From positions 1 through 48,156 of the forward strand of contig JANMQY010000145.1 in NCBI GenBank assembly GCA_031370785.1: 48,156 nucleotides of DNA, written 5' to 3'. Source of the DNA: Candidatus Eiseniibacteriota bacterium (lineage in GTDB: Bacteria; Eisenbacteria; RBG-16-71-46). A program made the translations under genes and the position numbers. Numbering within the stretch: the first letter of the stretch is position 1; every line of letters begins with the position of its first letter. This document shows, piece after piece, positions 9,801-17,654 of this stretch. The notes under the pieces are model-generated. The model worked only from the letters and a program-made list of their open reading frames with translations. It had not been told where the DNA came from and made no database searches.

Positions 9801-9992
9801 GAGGTCCACGTCTACGACGTGCGCGGCGCGAGAATCGCGGAGCTGGCCCGTGGCGCACGCGCGCCCGGCATTCACCACGTGAACTGGGACGGGCGGGACG
9901 GCGGCGGTCACGCGGTTCCCGCCGGCGTGTATTTCGTGCGCGCGCGTGCCGACGGCCACGAGGTCATGACGCGCGTCGCACTGATACGCTGA
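3861..9992 (+). CDS. Large secreted S8 subtilase (~2043 aa): signal peptide, prodomain, S8, FN3, three repeated beta-rich + Ig-like modules, C-terminal FlgD-Ig/T9SS-like domain
   Basis: Triad motifs AIDSGVD, NGHGTHTAG, GTSMATP; oxyanion AAAGN; FN3 (LEWSATGDDG...TTYYFAVRALDE); C-terminal GPNP...YDVRG...WDGRD...AGVYFVR. ATG 3861 has an AGGAG RBS; the ORF-track start at 3333 overlaps queF. Confidence 0.92.
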   Translation: MPCPPRFAALIFIAALAIAGASAAAEPPRYVPNEVLVRFRPTTRAAERASVRSGLHATVLRSFPLIGVEHLRLEGVTVEQAVERFGVDARVDYVEPNYELYADRTPNDPLFPRLWGLANTGQTGGSEAADIHAISAWDVFTGDSTLLVGAIDSGVDYLHPDLVANIWTNPGEIEGNGIDDDGNGYVDDVHGYDFLNHDGDPMDDNGHGTHTAGTIAATGSNGTGVTGVCWRAKIVAIKFLNASGSGTVAGAIEAIQYAIRVGCRVTNNSWGSSGGSRALRDAIGAAGDAGQLFVAAAGNSASDVDVYPNYPSCFGLANILSVAATDASDHLAPYSNYGATTVDLAAPGSDILSTFPGNRYALISGTSMATPLVTGVVALAMGRFPGAGSLAIRDLVLRSVDPLPQLAGLCATGGRLNAFVTLIVPDSIPPAAIRDLRVSGVASNSLHLEWSATGDDGDIGRASRYQVRRSTEPLTAASFASATPVPGSPDPAGAGATDGIEVGGLAFSTTYYFAVRALDELLNAGPISNIVAATTLGIPHARVAPESLAAVLHTGSDTLGTLTLTNVGEGTLDFSVPPPLIAFARPPVFEPVPFAKGVDGEAGAPVAEAHGGPDGGGYRWVDSSDPSGPSFAWVDAMSLGTALALTGDDNISAPVDLGFDFPYYGRSFRTLRVCTNGFVTFTDVVGSFGNQPLPSAAAPSGLLAPFWDDLEFGQTRRVYTWGDATHFVIEFFEVPHYQSGGPYTFEIILEATGEIRYQYLSMGDPRTSATVGQQSPARDLGLTIAFNGAYVRDSLAIRTVPVRQWATVSPESGRLSAGESMPIAVHFDAEGLVGGMFHAEVALQSNDPAAPDRRVPLALHVIGAPDLAIAPDTVDFGDVFVGGLVEGTLRISNVGTDTLHVSSLVSTDPDVVADAQAFTLVRLNRRHVTLRYRPTAQGALAGTVEIASDDPDTPLRAVVMRGRALPAPQLAFAPESISVRLATAGNLLVPLRLSNRGGSALEFRARAEATGTPRPIAQGDTDNRPVAKGGADVLHGITPLGAGGPDGFGYTWHDSRESGGPSFAWEDVSRAGTLIELAGDDVLSAPIPIGFRFPFYGAAYDSFRVGSNGFITFTGSSGGFSNTTLPNTGIGVPENLVAAFWDDLVFSGTARAYWWHDATRLVVQFQDVPRFAEPDRPNTFEVVLEASGAIETRWLSLRGASVTSATVGIQNATRDDGLQVVFNAPYLGDSLAVRIAPPVAWVKISPRSGTVPAGGTADLSVTLDAAGLYGGAYGGRVHLESNDPLAPVRDIPVSLAVTGVAALVLEPSTLDFGSVSIGEPGTRALDVRNAGSDVLHVTKLASSTGAVTVDLDHLDLAPFSHRIVHVTYSPEVVGPLAAELMVRSDDPAHPEIRIALNGAGAEAPVLVLEPTGLAVPLATTLGVEARKRTRTVLLRNAGGNELVWRAQARLGIGIAHGAPLEVEGAKGALSTPGTLGAGGPDAGGYRWLDSDESGGPPFEWLDIRALGTPLELDGDDQTSTPIALPFSFPFYGRSFDSLRVCTNGYLSFTSTLATYTNAPLPNAGAAAPENLIAAFWDDQDFRPSAGHARAWVWGDTSRFVIAFHDVPHLDVGGPYTYQIELDRDGTIECRYLTMPGRTTEATIGIQNADRSAGLQVAYNAPYVHDRLCTRFTRRPPWLAILPDSGRVAPGGVDTLYVSLSAEGESDGELAGEIRITSSDVAHFDSRVPVHAHVGVAPAQASFAPRRVGAVHLGRDVSLELRVPGRDPASIAQASVRLNQAIGWDREKAPRIEGADLVLGFATTDLLAGLTYGGAVPVTVTGEVEGETWFIAHDTLRIVRSELLTPATLHRWGSAEPVVPITAEVPLPLQWREPEASTAARWEIWWSADDGETWSVAADQVEATSFSWTPPGVESTRTLLEITGWRAGQLESAWLSQPFVLLRPNLAGPGLPVRLALRIAGPNPSPGEVAFDLALPAAAEVEVHVYDVRGARIAELARGARAPGIHHVNWDGRDGGGHAVPAGVYFVRARADGHEVMTRVALIR
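5691..8880 (+). repeat. Three intragenic ~430-aa repeat units starting near 5691, 6987 and 8292
   Basis: Each unit begins GGPDxxGYxWxDS..GPxFxWxD...GDD...PI.(L/I).F.FP(F/Y)YG...NG(F/Y)..F...N..LP...FWDD. Confidence 0.85.
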
Positions 9993-10282
9993 TACCCGGC
10001 GTTGCGCGGGCGCCAGGAGCCTGGCTCTTTGTCGTGGGGATGCGCACCTCACCGCGTGCGTCGTCGGGTGTGACGCGTCGGTCACGAACTGGCAGGCAGC
10101 ACGCGTTGCCCTGAATGTGCTTGACGTTCTTGCGGCCGCCTTCAACACTCGCATTTCGGCCGCCCGGGCGTCGGCCGGCAGGGCCGGTGCGTCGCCGGCG
10201 CAACGATTCACGCCCCGCGCCGTAGTACCCCGCGTGGTGCGCCCTCCCTTGCTCCGGAGTCGGGGCCCACCGTCCGAGGACG

Positions 10283-12580
10283 ATGAATTCGTTTCTACTG
10301 CTCTCGACGCTGAATCTCTCACTGGGCGGGCTGGTCTTCCTGCTCGGGCTCATCATCCTTCGCGAGAACGCCGGCCAGCGCCTGAACCGCGTCGTGGCGC
10401 TGATGCTGTTCTTCGGCGGGTTCGGCGCGATCCTTGCCGGCTTCGCGTTTCTCGCCGCACGCCAGGTGGGGGCGCAGGCTCCGGGCAGCGCGCCCGAGGT
10501 GCTGCGCAACGTCTCTTACCTGTGGGAGTTCTTCTTCCCGACCCTGTTCCTGTTCGCGAGCATCTTCCCCGAGGAGCGCCCGTTCGTGCGGCGCTTTGTC
10601 CTGTTTCCGGGGCGCTGGTGGACACCAGGCTTCGGTACGCTGGTCTTCGCGCCGCACGCGTTTCACTTCGCGCTGACCGTGGCGCTCGCGATCTGGAAGC
10701 CCGACTTCACGGTTCCCGACCACGGCCTGCTCAAGTACGTCGCGCCGCTGTTCGGCATCGCGAGCGTCTTCCTGCACGTGTTCCTGCTGGTGCACCAGGC
10801 ATTGTTCTCGCTGGTCAACCTCGGCTTCGGCATCGCGACCATGATCCTGCTGTTCAACAGCTACCGCCGCGCGCGCGTGCCCCGCCTGCGCCAGCAGCTG
10901 CGCGTCATCGCGATCGGACTGAGCGCGTGTCTGGTGTGCTACAGCTTCGCGACCTCGATCCCGACGCTGCTCAACATCCGGCTCGACGAAAGCGTGCGCG
11001 CCATCCTCATCATCGCGGCGCTCACGCTGGGACCGGGGTCGATCGCGTTCTCGATCGTGCGCTACAAGTTCCTCGATGCACGCCTGCTGGCGCGCCGCGC
11101 CATCCTGTACGCGTTGGTCTCGGGAGCCCTGGTCGGTGTCTACCTGCTGGTGGTCTCGCGTCTCAACCGGCTGGCGAGCGCCCTGACCGGCGCCGACGCG
11201 CGCGTGTTCGAGCCGGTGTTCCTGATCATGGCGCTTGCGCTGTTCCAGCCGGCGATCGCGCGGCTCGAAGAACTGCTGGATCGCATGCTGCTCAAGGATC
11301 CGAACGATTATCGCAACGTGCTGCGCCAGCTCGGCGTCGACCTGCAGACCACCATCGACCTCGAGGTACTGCTGACCCGCACCATCCGCACCGTGGCCGA
11401 GGCGCTGCTCACCCGGCGCGCGACCATCGTGGCGCGTGCGCACGGCGGAGCGGTCGCGCACACCGGGGCCGGCCAGCCGCTCGCGCCCGCCGACCTCGAT
11501 CGCGTCGCCTCACTGCTGCCGCGCCTCCCGGTCGGCCCGACCAGCCTGCGGCTTGCGGACCGGATCGAGGGACTGGACGCCGAGGACCAGCGCTTCCTGG
11601 CCGAGACGCTCGGCTTCTCGCTGGTGGTGCCGATGCGCTGGCGGGACGAACTGGTCGGTGCGCTGCTGCTCGGCGACAAGCTGACCGGCACCGACTGGAC
11701 GAGCGAGGATGTGACCCTGCTCACCACGCTCGCCGGGCGGGTCTCGGTGTCGATGCAGAACGCGCTGCTGCTGCGCGAGCGGGTCGCGGTCGCGAGATTC
11801 GAAGAGGAGTTGAATCTGGCGCGCCAGATCCAGCGCAAGTCGCTGCTCTCCGATTTCCCGGTGCTGCCGGGCTGCGAGGTGCACGCGCTGTCGATTCCCT
11901 CGAAGGCGGTGGGCGGGGACCTGTACGACGTCGTGGATGCCGGCGATGGCTGCTACCTGCTGGCGATCGCCGATGTCTCGGGCAAGGGAGTGCCCGCCGC
12001 GCTGCTCTCGTCGATGCTGCAGGCCTCGCTGCGCACGCAGGCCGGCAGCGTGCGCGCGCTGCCCGAGATCCTGCGCAACATCAACACCCTGATGTTCCGC
12101 AGCACCGAGATCCAGCAGTTCGCGACCTACTTCCTCGCGCGCATCGATACCCGTACTCTGCAGCTCACGTTCTCGAACGCGGGTCACAACTGGCCGGTGT
12201 TGATGCGACGCGGGGGCGAGCGCGTGTTCCTCGACCGCGGTGGCACCATCCTCGGGATCATGGACGGCGTGAAGTTCGAGGAAGGACAGGTCTCGCTCAG
12301 GCCTGGCGACCGGGTCGTGCTCTATACCGACGGGATCAGCGAGGCCGCGAATCGCGAGGGCGAACAGTTCGGCGAAGACCGGCTCTACGCGCTGGTCGAG
12401 AGCCTGCCGCACCACCTGTGCGCGCGCGAGGTGGCAGAGAGCCTGCTCGAGGCGCTGCACCTGTTCCTCGGCCCGGTCGAGCCGCAGGACGACATGACGC
12501 TGCTCGTCATCCGCGCGCTCGAGCCGGCAGGAGTCGAGAGTGGTAGAGAGCCCGAACGGGAGACCGTGACCGCGATCTAA
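10283..12580 (+). CDS. Multi-pass membrane sensor + GAF + SpoIIE (PP2C) serine phosphatase
   Basis: About 9 hydrophobic segments, a GAF-like region (LVVPMRWRDELVGALLLG), a coiled linker (EEELNLARQIQ) and intact PP2C motifs GGDLYD, IADVSGKG, YTDGISE, QDDMT. Confidence 0.9.
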   Translation: MNSFLLLSTLNLSLGGLVFLLGLIILRENAGQRLNRVVALMLFFGGFGAILAGFAFLAARQVGAQAPGSAPEVLRNVSYLWEFFFPTLFLFASIFPEERPFVRRFVLFPGRWWTPGFGTLVFAPHAFHFALTVALAIWKPDFTVPDHGLLKYVAPLFGIASVFLHVFLLVHQALFSLVNLGFGIATMILLFNSYRRARVPRLRQQLRVIAIGLSACLVCYSFATSIPTLLNIRLDESVRAILIIAALTLGPGSIAFSIVRYKFLDARLLARRAILYALVSGALVGVYLLVVSRLNRLASALTGADARVFEPVFLIMALALFQPAIARLEELLDRMLLKDPNDYRNVLRQLGVDLQTTIDLEVLLTRTIRTVAEALLTRRATIVARAHGGAVAHTGAGQPLAPADLDRVASLLPRLPVGPTSLRLADRIEGLDAEDQRFLAETLGFSLVVPMRWRDELVGALLLGDKLTGTDWTSEDVTLLTTLAGRVSVSMQNALLLRERVAVARFEEELNLARQIQRKSLLSDFPVLPGCEVHALSIPSKAVGGDLYDVVDAGDGCYLLAIADVSGKGVPAALLSSMLQASLRTQAGSVRALPEILRNINTLMFRSTEIQQFATYFLARIDTRTLQLTFSNAGHNWPVLMRRGGERVFLDRGGTILGIMDGVKFEEGQVSLRPGDRVVLYTDGISEAANREGEQFGEDRLYALVESLPHHLCAREVAESLLEALHLFLGPVEPQDDMTLLVIRALEPAGVESGREPERETVTAI

Positions 12581-12595
12581 GGGGGAGGAGCACGG

Positions 12596-12623
12596 TCGAG
12601 CGGGCGGGGGAGGGCGCCGATAA
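12596..12623 (+). promoter_or_regulatory. sigma-28-like promoter TCGAG-N15-GCCGATAA
   Basis: Perfect sigma-28 -10 element GCCGATAA at 12616-12623, about 40 nt upstream of ATG 12664. Confidence 0.6.
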
Positions 12624-12663
12624 CCCGGCCGGGACCCGAACTCACCACCCGACGAGGCGCTGC

Positions 12664-14760
12664 ATGCCCATCTCGACCCGCTCCGGCATTCCTGCGGCCG
12701 CACGTTCGCGCGCGCTTCGCGTCGGATGGTGCGTGCTCGTCGCGATGCTGGTGGGCGCGAACGCAACGCGAGTGGCGGTGGCACTTCCCGCGAGCCGCGG
12801 CCCGCTCCCTCTGGTGCCCTCACCGCAGTCGGTCGAGATGCGGACCGGAAGCGTCACGCTCTCGACTCGATGGACTCTGATGACCCCCGGCGACCGGTCG
12901 GACTCGCTGGCGGCGGCCGGGGTCGTGGCGGAGATCAACTCCATGCGGTCGGTGGAAGCCGGCGCGAGCCCGATCGGAACTCTGACTTTCGCCTCGGTCC
13001 CGGCCGATCCCGCCGCCTCGCGACTGTTCAATGCCCAGGGCTACCGACTCACGGTGGCCCGGGATCGGATCACCATCGAGGGCGTGAGCCCGGCCGGCCG
13101 CTTCTATGGGGCGCAGACCCTGCGCCAGCTGATCCGTGCCTCGCGCGACGGCACCATTCCATGCCTTGCGATCGTCGATGCTCCCGCGCTCGAGTGGCGC
13201 GGCGTCTCGGACGACGTGAGTCGCGGCCAGATGTCCACTCAGGCCGATCTTCTCGAAATCATTCATCGTCTCTCCAGCTACAAGATGAACCTGTACCAGC
13301 TCTACATCGAGGACGCGTTCGAGTTCCGCTCGGCGCCGGAAATCGGGCGTGGAAGGGCCCGGCTCACCGCGGAGGAGCTCCGGGCGCTCGTCGAAGAGGG
13401 ACAGCGCTACCACGTGGTCGTGACGCCCATCTTCGAGACCCTCGGCCATCAGGAGCGGCTGCTCTCGATCCCGGCCTATCGTCATCACGCCGAGCTGAGC
13501 GAGCCCACCCGACACGGTCTGGACGCGTTTGCCTGGAACGTCCGTGCGTGGTGGGACCGCTGCCTGGCGTCGCTCGCGAACGATCCACCCGACCCGCCGC
13601 GGATCCCGACCACCTTTTCGGCGGTCTCGCAGGAGTCGCGTGCCTTCGTGCTCGGGCTGGTGGACGAGATCGCGGCGGCGGCTCCCGGCCCCTTCTTTCA
13701 CATCGGCGGGGACGAGACCGGTGAGATCGGCGAGGGCACGAGCCGGGAGGCGGTCGACCGACTGGGCGCGGGTCGCGTCCACGGACGCTATTGCGCGGCG
13801 GTGATCGACCACCTGCGTGCGCGCGACGGCCGGCGCGCGATGCTCTACGCCGACATGATCCGGTCTCATCCGGAAGCGCTCGCCGAGATCCCGCGCGACG
13901 CGATCCTCGTGGACTGGCACTACAATCCCGCCGACCCTCATCCCGGCATTCGCGCCCTGCACGAGGCGGGATTCCGCGATGTGATGGTCAGCCCGGGACT
14001 GTGGAGCTGGGACACGATCTATCCCGACTACCGGCGCGCGTTCGCGAGCATTCTCGGAATGTCGGCGGAGGGAAAGCGTGAGGGTGCGCTCGGGTGCGTG
14101 GTCGCCTCGTGGGGCGACAACGACGCCGAAAATCTCCGCGAGAACAACTGGCCGGGCTACGCGTTCGCGGCCTCGGCCGCGTGGGAGGCGGGCGATCCCG
14201 ATACCACGTCCTTCTGCGAGCGGTTCGTCACCACCGAGTTCGGCGCGCATTCCCCCGACATCGCGCGCGCCCTCGAGCTGGTCGGCTGGCAGCGCTTCGA
14301 TGGGCTGAAGAGCGCGTCACGCCTCGTTCATCGGGCTCCGCTCGTGCGACTTCATCGCGCGGAATGGATGAATCGCATGCGGCTCCTGCGCTCGGACATG
14401 CTCGTGGCGAGGGATGCGCTCTCGGTGTCCCGGGCAAAGGTCCGGTTCCATGCAGACGAGATCAGCGCGCTCGCGCTGTGCGCGTCGCGCTTCCGCGCCT
14501 CCGCCGAGCGCGAACTGGTCCTCGATGTAATCGCCACGCGTTCCGCAATCCAGCCGGCGGGCACGGAACGCAGTGCCGGTTCGCCGGAAGGAATGGCGCT
14601 GCTCGATTCGATCAAGGCTTCGGGACCGGCAATGCGCGCGGAGTACGAGGCCCTGTGGCTGCGCCACAATCGTCCGGAAGGCCTCGGGCCCAACCTCGAC
14701 CGGCTCGATCGCGAGAACCGCGCGATCGAGCGCCTTTCATTCCCCGAGTCGAACCGGTAG
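12664..14760 (+). CDS. Glycoside hydrolase family 20 (beta-N-acetylhexosaminidase-like), secreted
   Basis: Signal-like N-terminus, GH20 domain 2 (LVPSPQ...QGYRLTV...GRFYGAQTLRQL), DAPALEWRG..DDVSRG, catalytic FHIGGDE. Confidence 0.88.
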   Translation: MPISTRSGIPAAARSRALRVGWCVLVAMLVGANATRVAVALPASRGPLPLVPSPQSVEMRTGSVTLSTRWTLMTPGDRSDSLAAAGVVAEINSMRSVEAGASPIGTLTFASVPADPAASRLFNAQGYRLTVARDRITIEGVSPAGRFYGAQTLRQLIRASRDGTIPCLAIVDAPALEWRGVSDDVSRGQMSTQADLLEIIHRLSSYKMNLYQLYIEDAFEFRSAPEIGRGRARLTAEELRALVEEGQRYHVVVTPIFETLGHQERLLSIPAYRHHAELSEPTRHGLDAFAWNVRAWWDRCLASLANDPPDPPRIPTTFSAVSQESRAFVLGLVDEIAAAAPGPFFHIGGDETGEIGEGTSREAVDRLGAGRVHGRYCAAVIDHLRARDGRRAMLYADMIRSHPEALAEIPRDAILVDWHYNPADPHPGIRALHEAGFRDVMVSPGLWSWDTIYPDYRRAFASILGMSAEGKREGALGCVVASWGDNDAENLRENNWPGYAFAASAAWEAGDPDTTSFCERFVTTEFGAHSPDIARALELVGWQRFDGLKSASRLVHRAPLVRLHRAEWMNRMRLLRSDMLVARDALSVSRAKVRFHADEISALALCASRFRASAERELVLDVIATRSAIQPAGTERSAGSPEGMALLDSIKASGPAMRAEYEALWLRHNRPEGLGPNLDRLDRENRAIERLSFPESNR

Positions 14761-15309
14761 TTGCGCCGTTTCGCCGGTGTGGCTCATTCCCGCGAGCGCC
14801 CGCTCCTCGGCCCGGATGCGCACCATGAGCGCAAACCCGTTGAGCACGCCGATCACGATCGCGGTGCGGCATGCGCCGAACATCATCGGCGCGGCGAGCA
14901 GCTCGAACACGACCGCCAGATAGTTGGGATGGCGCAGGAAACGGTAGGGCCCGCCGGTGACGAGCGGTTCCGCGGGCACGACCCAGATGCGCGTCGTCCA
15001 GCGCTCGCCGAGTGAGCTCAGGGTCCAGACTCGGAGCGCCTGCGCCGCGAGCAGCAAAGCGAGCCATGCCGGCCAGGTGGCGGAAGGCCGGGCGCCGAGC
15101 GCCAGCACTTCGGCGCTGAGCAGCACGGGGAACAGAACGTGGAGCGCGACCAGTGCCGGGAAGTGCGAGGCGCCGTGCTCGACCGCGCCACGCACAGCGA
15201 GCGCACGCTGGTGGCGGGCGGACAGTGCCAGCTCGCTGGCGCGTTGCGCGGCGTGCAGCACGAGGAACAGCGCGAGCCAGGCGACCGGGGCGCCCGCGCC
15301 GGCAATCAA
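14737..15309 (-). CDS. Isoprenylcysteine carboxyl methyltransferase family protein (SrsB/BpsB-like)
   Basis: QRASELALSARH, GAVEHG, LGERWTTRI, GPYRFLRHPNYLAV, RIRAEERAL. TTG start overlaps the PKS stop (TTGA). Confidence 0.9.
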   Translation of the reverse strand: MIAGAGAPVAWLALFLVLHAAQRASELALSARHQRALAVRGAVEHGASHFPALVALHVLFPVLLSAEVLALGARPSATWPAWLALLLAAQALRVWTLSSLGERWTTRIWVVPAEPLVTGGPYRFLRHPNYLAVVFELLAAPMMFGACRTAIVIGVLNGFALMVRIRAEERALAGMSHTGETAQLPVRLGE

Positions 15310-16388
15310 TCGCGGCCTCGAAGCAGCACCAGCTCCGAGGAAAAGCCGGGGCCGAGCGCGGCCAGCACGCCGTACTCGCCGGCGCCGATCTCGCCGCTCG
15401 CGATGAAGCGCTCGAGCACGAACAGGCAGGTCGGCGCCGACATGTTGCCGCATTCCCGGAGCACGTCGGTGGCATGGCGGAAGCGCTCGAGCGGGAGGCC
15501 GAGCGCTTCCGCGTAGGCTGCGATCACCTTGGGGCCGCCCGGATGCGCGACTACGTGCCGCAGGTCTTCGTACGCGAGCGACTCGCGCTCGAGGAACGCT
15601 TCGAGGTTGGGCCGCACCCACTGACGCACGATGGTCGGGATGTCGCGCGAGAACTGCACGTGCAGACCGCTTCCATCCACGTTCCATCCCATCACGTCGA
15701 GCGTGTCGGGCCATAGCGTGCTCTGCGAGGCGAGGAGATCGAGGCGCGCCGGCTCGCGCGGCGCTTCCGCTTCGGCGCCGAGCACCACCGCGGCGGCGGC
15801 GCCATCCGAGAACAGCGAGGCCGCCACCAGGTTCTGGCGCGTCAGGTCGCCCTGCTGGAACGTGAGCGTGCACAGCTCGAGCGCGACCAGCACCACACGC
15901 GCGTGAGGGTCTGCGAGCGCGAAGTCGCGGGCACGTGACAGTCCCGCCGCGCCACCGGCGCAGCCGAGGCCCCACACCGGAGTGCGCTTGAAGTCGCCGC
16001 GAAATCCCATGCGGTTCGCGAGCCGCGCATCGAGGCTCGGAGTGGCGATCCCGGTCGAGCTGACCAGCAGCAGGTGATCGACATCCCGGGGCTCGAGCCC
16101 GGCGCCCTCGAGCGCCCGCGCCACGGCGCGGCTCGCCAGATCGAGCGCGCGGTCGATGTACAGATCGTTCACGGCGCCGAATGCGTGGGGCTCTCCGAAC
16201 CAGTCGAGCGGCATGACCGAGTATCGGGTCGCGATTCCAGTCGAGTCGAACACCGCCATCAGGCGGCGATCACCGGATGCGAGCGCAGGGCCGAACAGTG
16301 CCTCGGCGAACTGCTTGGCCTCACTCTGCCGGATGACGTGCTCGGGAACCGCGGTGGCCAGCGAGGCAAGGCGAGGTGGTCGGGTCAT
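15306..16388 (-). CDS. Type III polyketide synthase (SrsA/BpsA-like)
   Basis: Cys-His-Asn triad in GLGCAGG, AHPGGPKV, GNMSAP; also ELCTL, LFSDGAAA, LGPGFS. Confidence 0.93.
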   Translation of the reverse strand: MTRPPRLASLATAVPEHVIRQSEAKQFAEALFGPALASGDRRLMAVFDSTGIATRYSVMPLDWFGEPHAFGAVNDLYIDRALDLASRAVARALEGAGLEPRDVDHLLLVSSTGIATPSLDARLANRMGFRGDFKRTPVWGLGCAGGAAGLSRARDFALADPHARVVLVALELCTLTFQQGDLTRQNLVAASLFSDGAAAAVVLGAEAEAPREPARLDLLASQSTLWPDTLDVMGWNVDGSGLHVQFSRDIPTIVRQWVRPNLEAFLERESLAYEDLRHVVAHPGGPKVIAAYAEALGLPLERFRHATDVLRECGNMSAPTCLFVLERFIASGEIGAGEYGVLAALGPGFSSELVLLRGRD

Positions 16389-16441
16389 GGCCTGGGTTTG
16401 GATATTCTCGGGTGTGTTCGGATGCTCCAGGAATCGCGCGG

Positions 16442-17650
16442 TCAGCGCGCCGCCACCAGTTTCGAAACCCGGCCATCGAGCGTGACCACGTACAGTTCGC
16501 CCGCGGTATCCTCGCCGAACGAGCTGACCTCGCCCGCATGGAGCCACTCCCGGCGCTCCGAGACGTGACCTTTCTCGTAGCGCAGGCTGCGCACCCATCC
16601 GGTGCAGTAGTCGGCGAAGAAGTAGCGGCCCGCGAGGCTCGGCAGCGCGCGCCCGCGATACACGAAGCCTCCGGTGATCGAGCAGCCCTGCCCGTGATCG
16701 TATTCCTCGATCGGTGCGGCCAGCCCACGGACCGCGCCCGGAGCGCGGAACGGGTGCGATCCTTCCATCAGGTTCCAGCCGTAGTTGAGTCCAGTCGCCG
16801 AGGCGGGAGCGGCATTGATCTCCTCCCATCGGTCCTGTCCCACGTCGGCGATGTAGAGCAGGCCCGTGACGCGGTCGAACGCGAAGCGCCAGGGATTGCG
16901 CAGGCCATAGGCCCAGATCTCGGGCGCCGCTCCCGCGCGCTGGCGGAACGGATTGTCGCGCGGCACCGCGTAGGGATCGCCGTGAATGACATCGAGGCGC
17001 AGCAGCTTGCCGAGTCGCGTCGCCAGATTCTGCCCGTTGCCATGCGGATCTCCGCCGCTGCCCCCATCACCCATGCCCACGTACAGCATGCTGTCGAGTC
17101 CGAACAGGACCAGGCCTCCGTTGTGGTTCGCGTAGGGCTGATCGATCTTGAGCAGGAGCGTGGCCGATGCGGGATCCGCGCGGTCGGGATCACTCGTCAC
17201 CCGGTAGCGCTCGATGTGCGTATCACCTTTCCGGTCGGTGTAGTCGACGTAGAAGAATCCATTCTCGCGATAGCGTGGATGGAAGGCGGCGCTCAGGAGC
17301 CCCTGCTCGCCGCCGGAGCGCACCCGGTCGCGGATGTCGAGGAACGGCTCGGGCAGCAGGCGTCCCGCACGCACGATGCGGATACGGCCCGACTGCTCGA
17401 CCACGAACAGGCGTGGGTCGGCGGGGGGCGAGATCAGGTACACCGGGCTCGAAAGGCCGGAGACGACGGTCTCGAGGCGGAGGCCATTGCTCTTCACGTA
17501 GGTCGCCGCGGCGGCAGCCGCCGATCTGGACGCCGCCGGCGCGCAGGCGAGCGCGAAGCCGAGCGCGGTCAGGCACGCCATCGCGACGCCGGCACGGACC
17601 GGTTGCGGGCGCGCCGAAAGTCTCGAAGTCGGCGTGTCGCGGTGGTTCAC
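16442..17650 (-). CDS. PQQ-dependent glucose/sorbosone dehydrogenase family protein
   Basis: RLFVVEQSGRI, GEQGLLS..FHP, NHNGG, GDGGSGGDP, EIWAYGLRNPWR, DVGQDRWEEIN, NYGW, SSFGED. GTG start with a purine-rich RBS. Confidence 0.88.
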   Translation of the reverse strand: MNHRDTPTSRLSARPQPVRAGVAMACLTALGFALACAPAASRSAAAAAATYVKSNGLRLETVVSGLSSPVYLISPPADPRLFVVEQSGRIRIVRAGRLLPEPFLDIRDRVRSGGEQGLLSAAFHPRYRENGFFYVDYTDRKGDTHIERYRVTSDPDRADPASATLLLKIDQPYANHNGGLVLFGLDSMLYVGMGDGGSGGDPHGNGQNLATRLGKLLRLDVIHGDPYAVPRDNPFRQRAGAAPEIWAYGLRNPWRFAFDRVTGLLYIADVGQDRWEEINAAPASATGLNYGWNLMEGSHPFRAPGAVRGLAAPIEEYDHGQGCSITGGFVYRGRALPSLAGRYFFADYCTGWVRSLRYEKGHVSERREWLHAGEVSSFGEDTAGELYVVTLDGRVSKLVAAR

Positions 17651-17654
17651 TTTC

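Noticed and set aside
10117..12546. 809-aa alternative-frame ORF
   Set aside because: Overlaps the motif-bearing SpoIIE gene in another frame and has low-complexity Arg/Pro/Ala composition.
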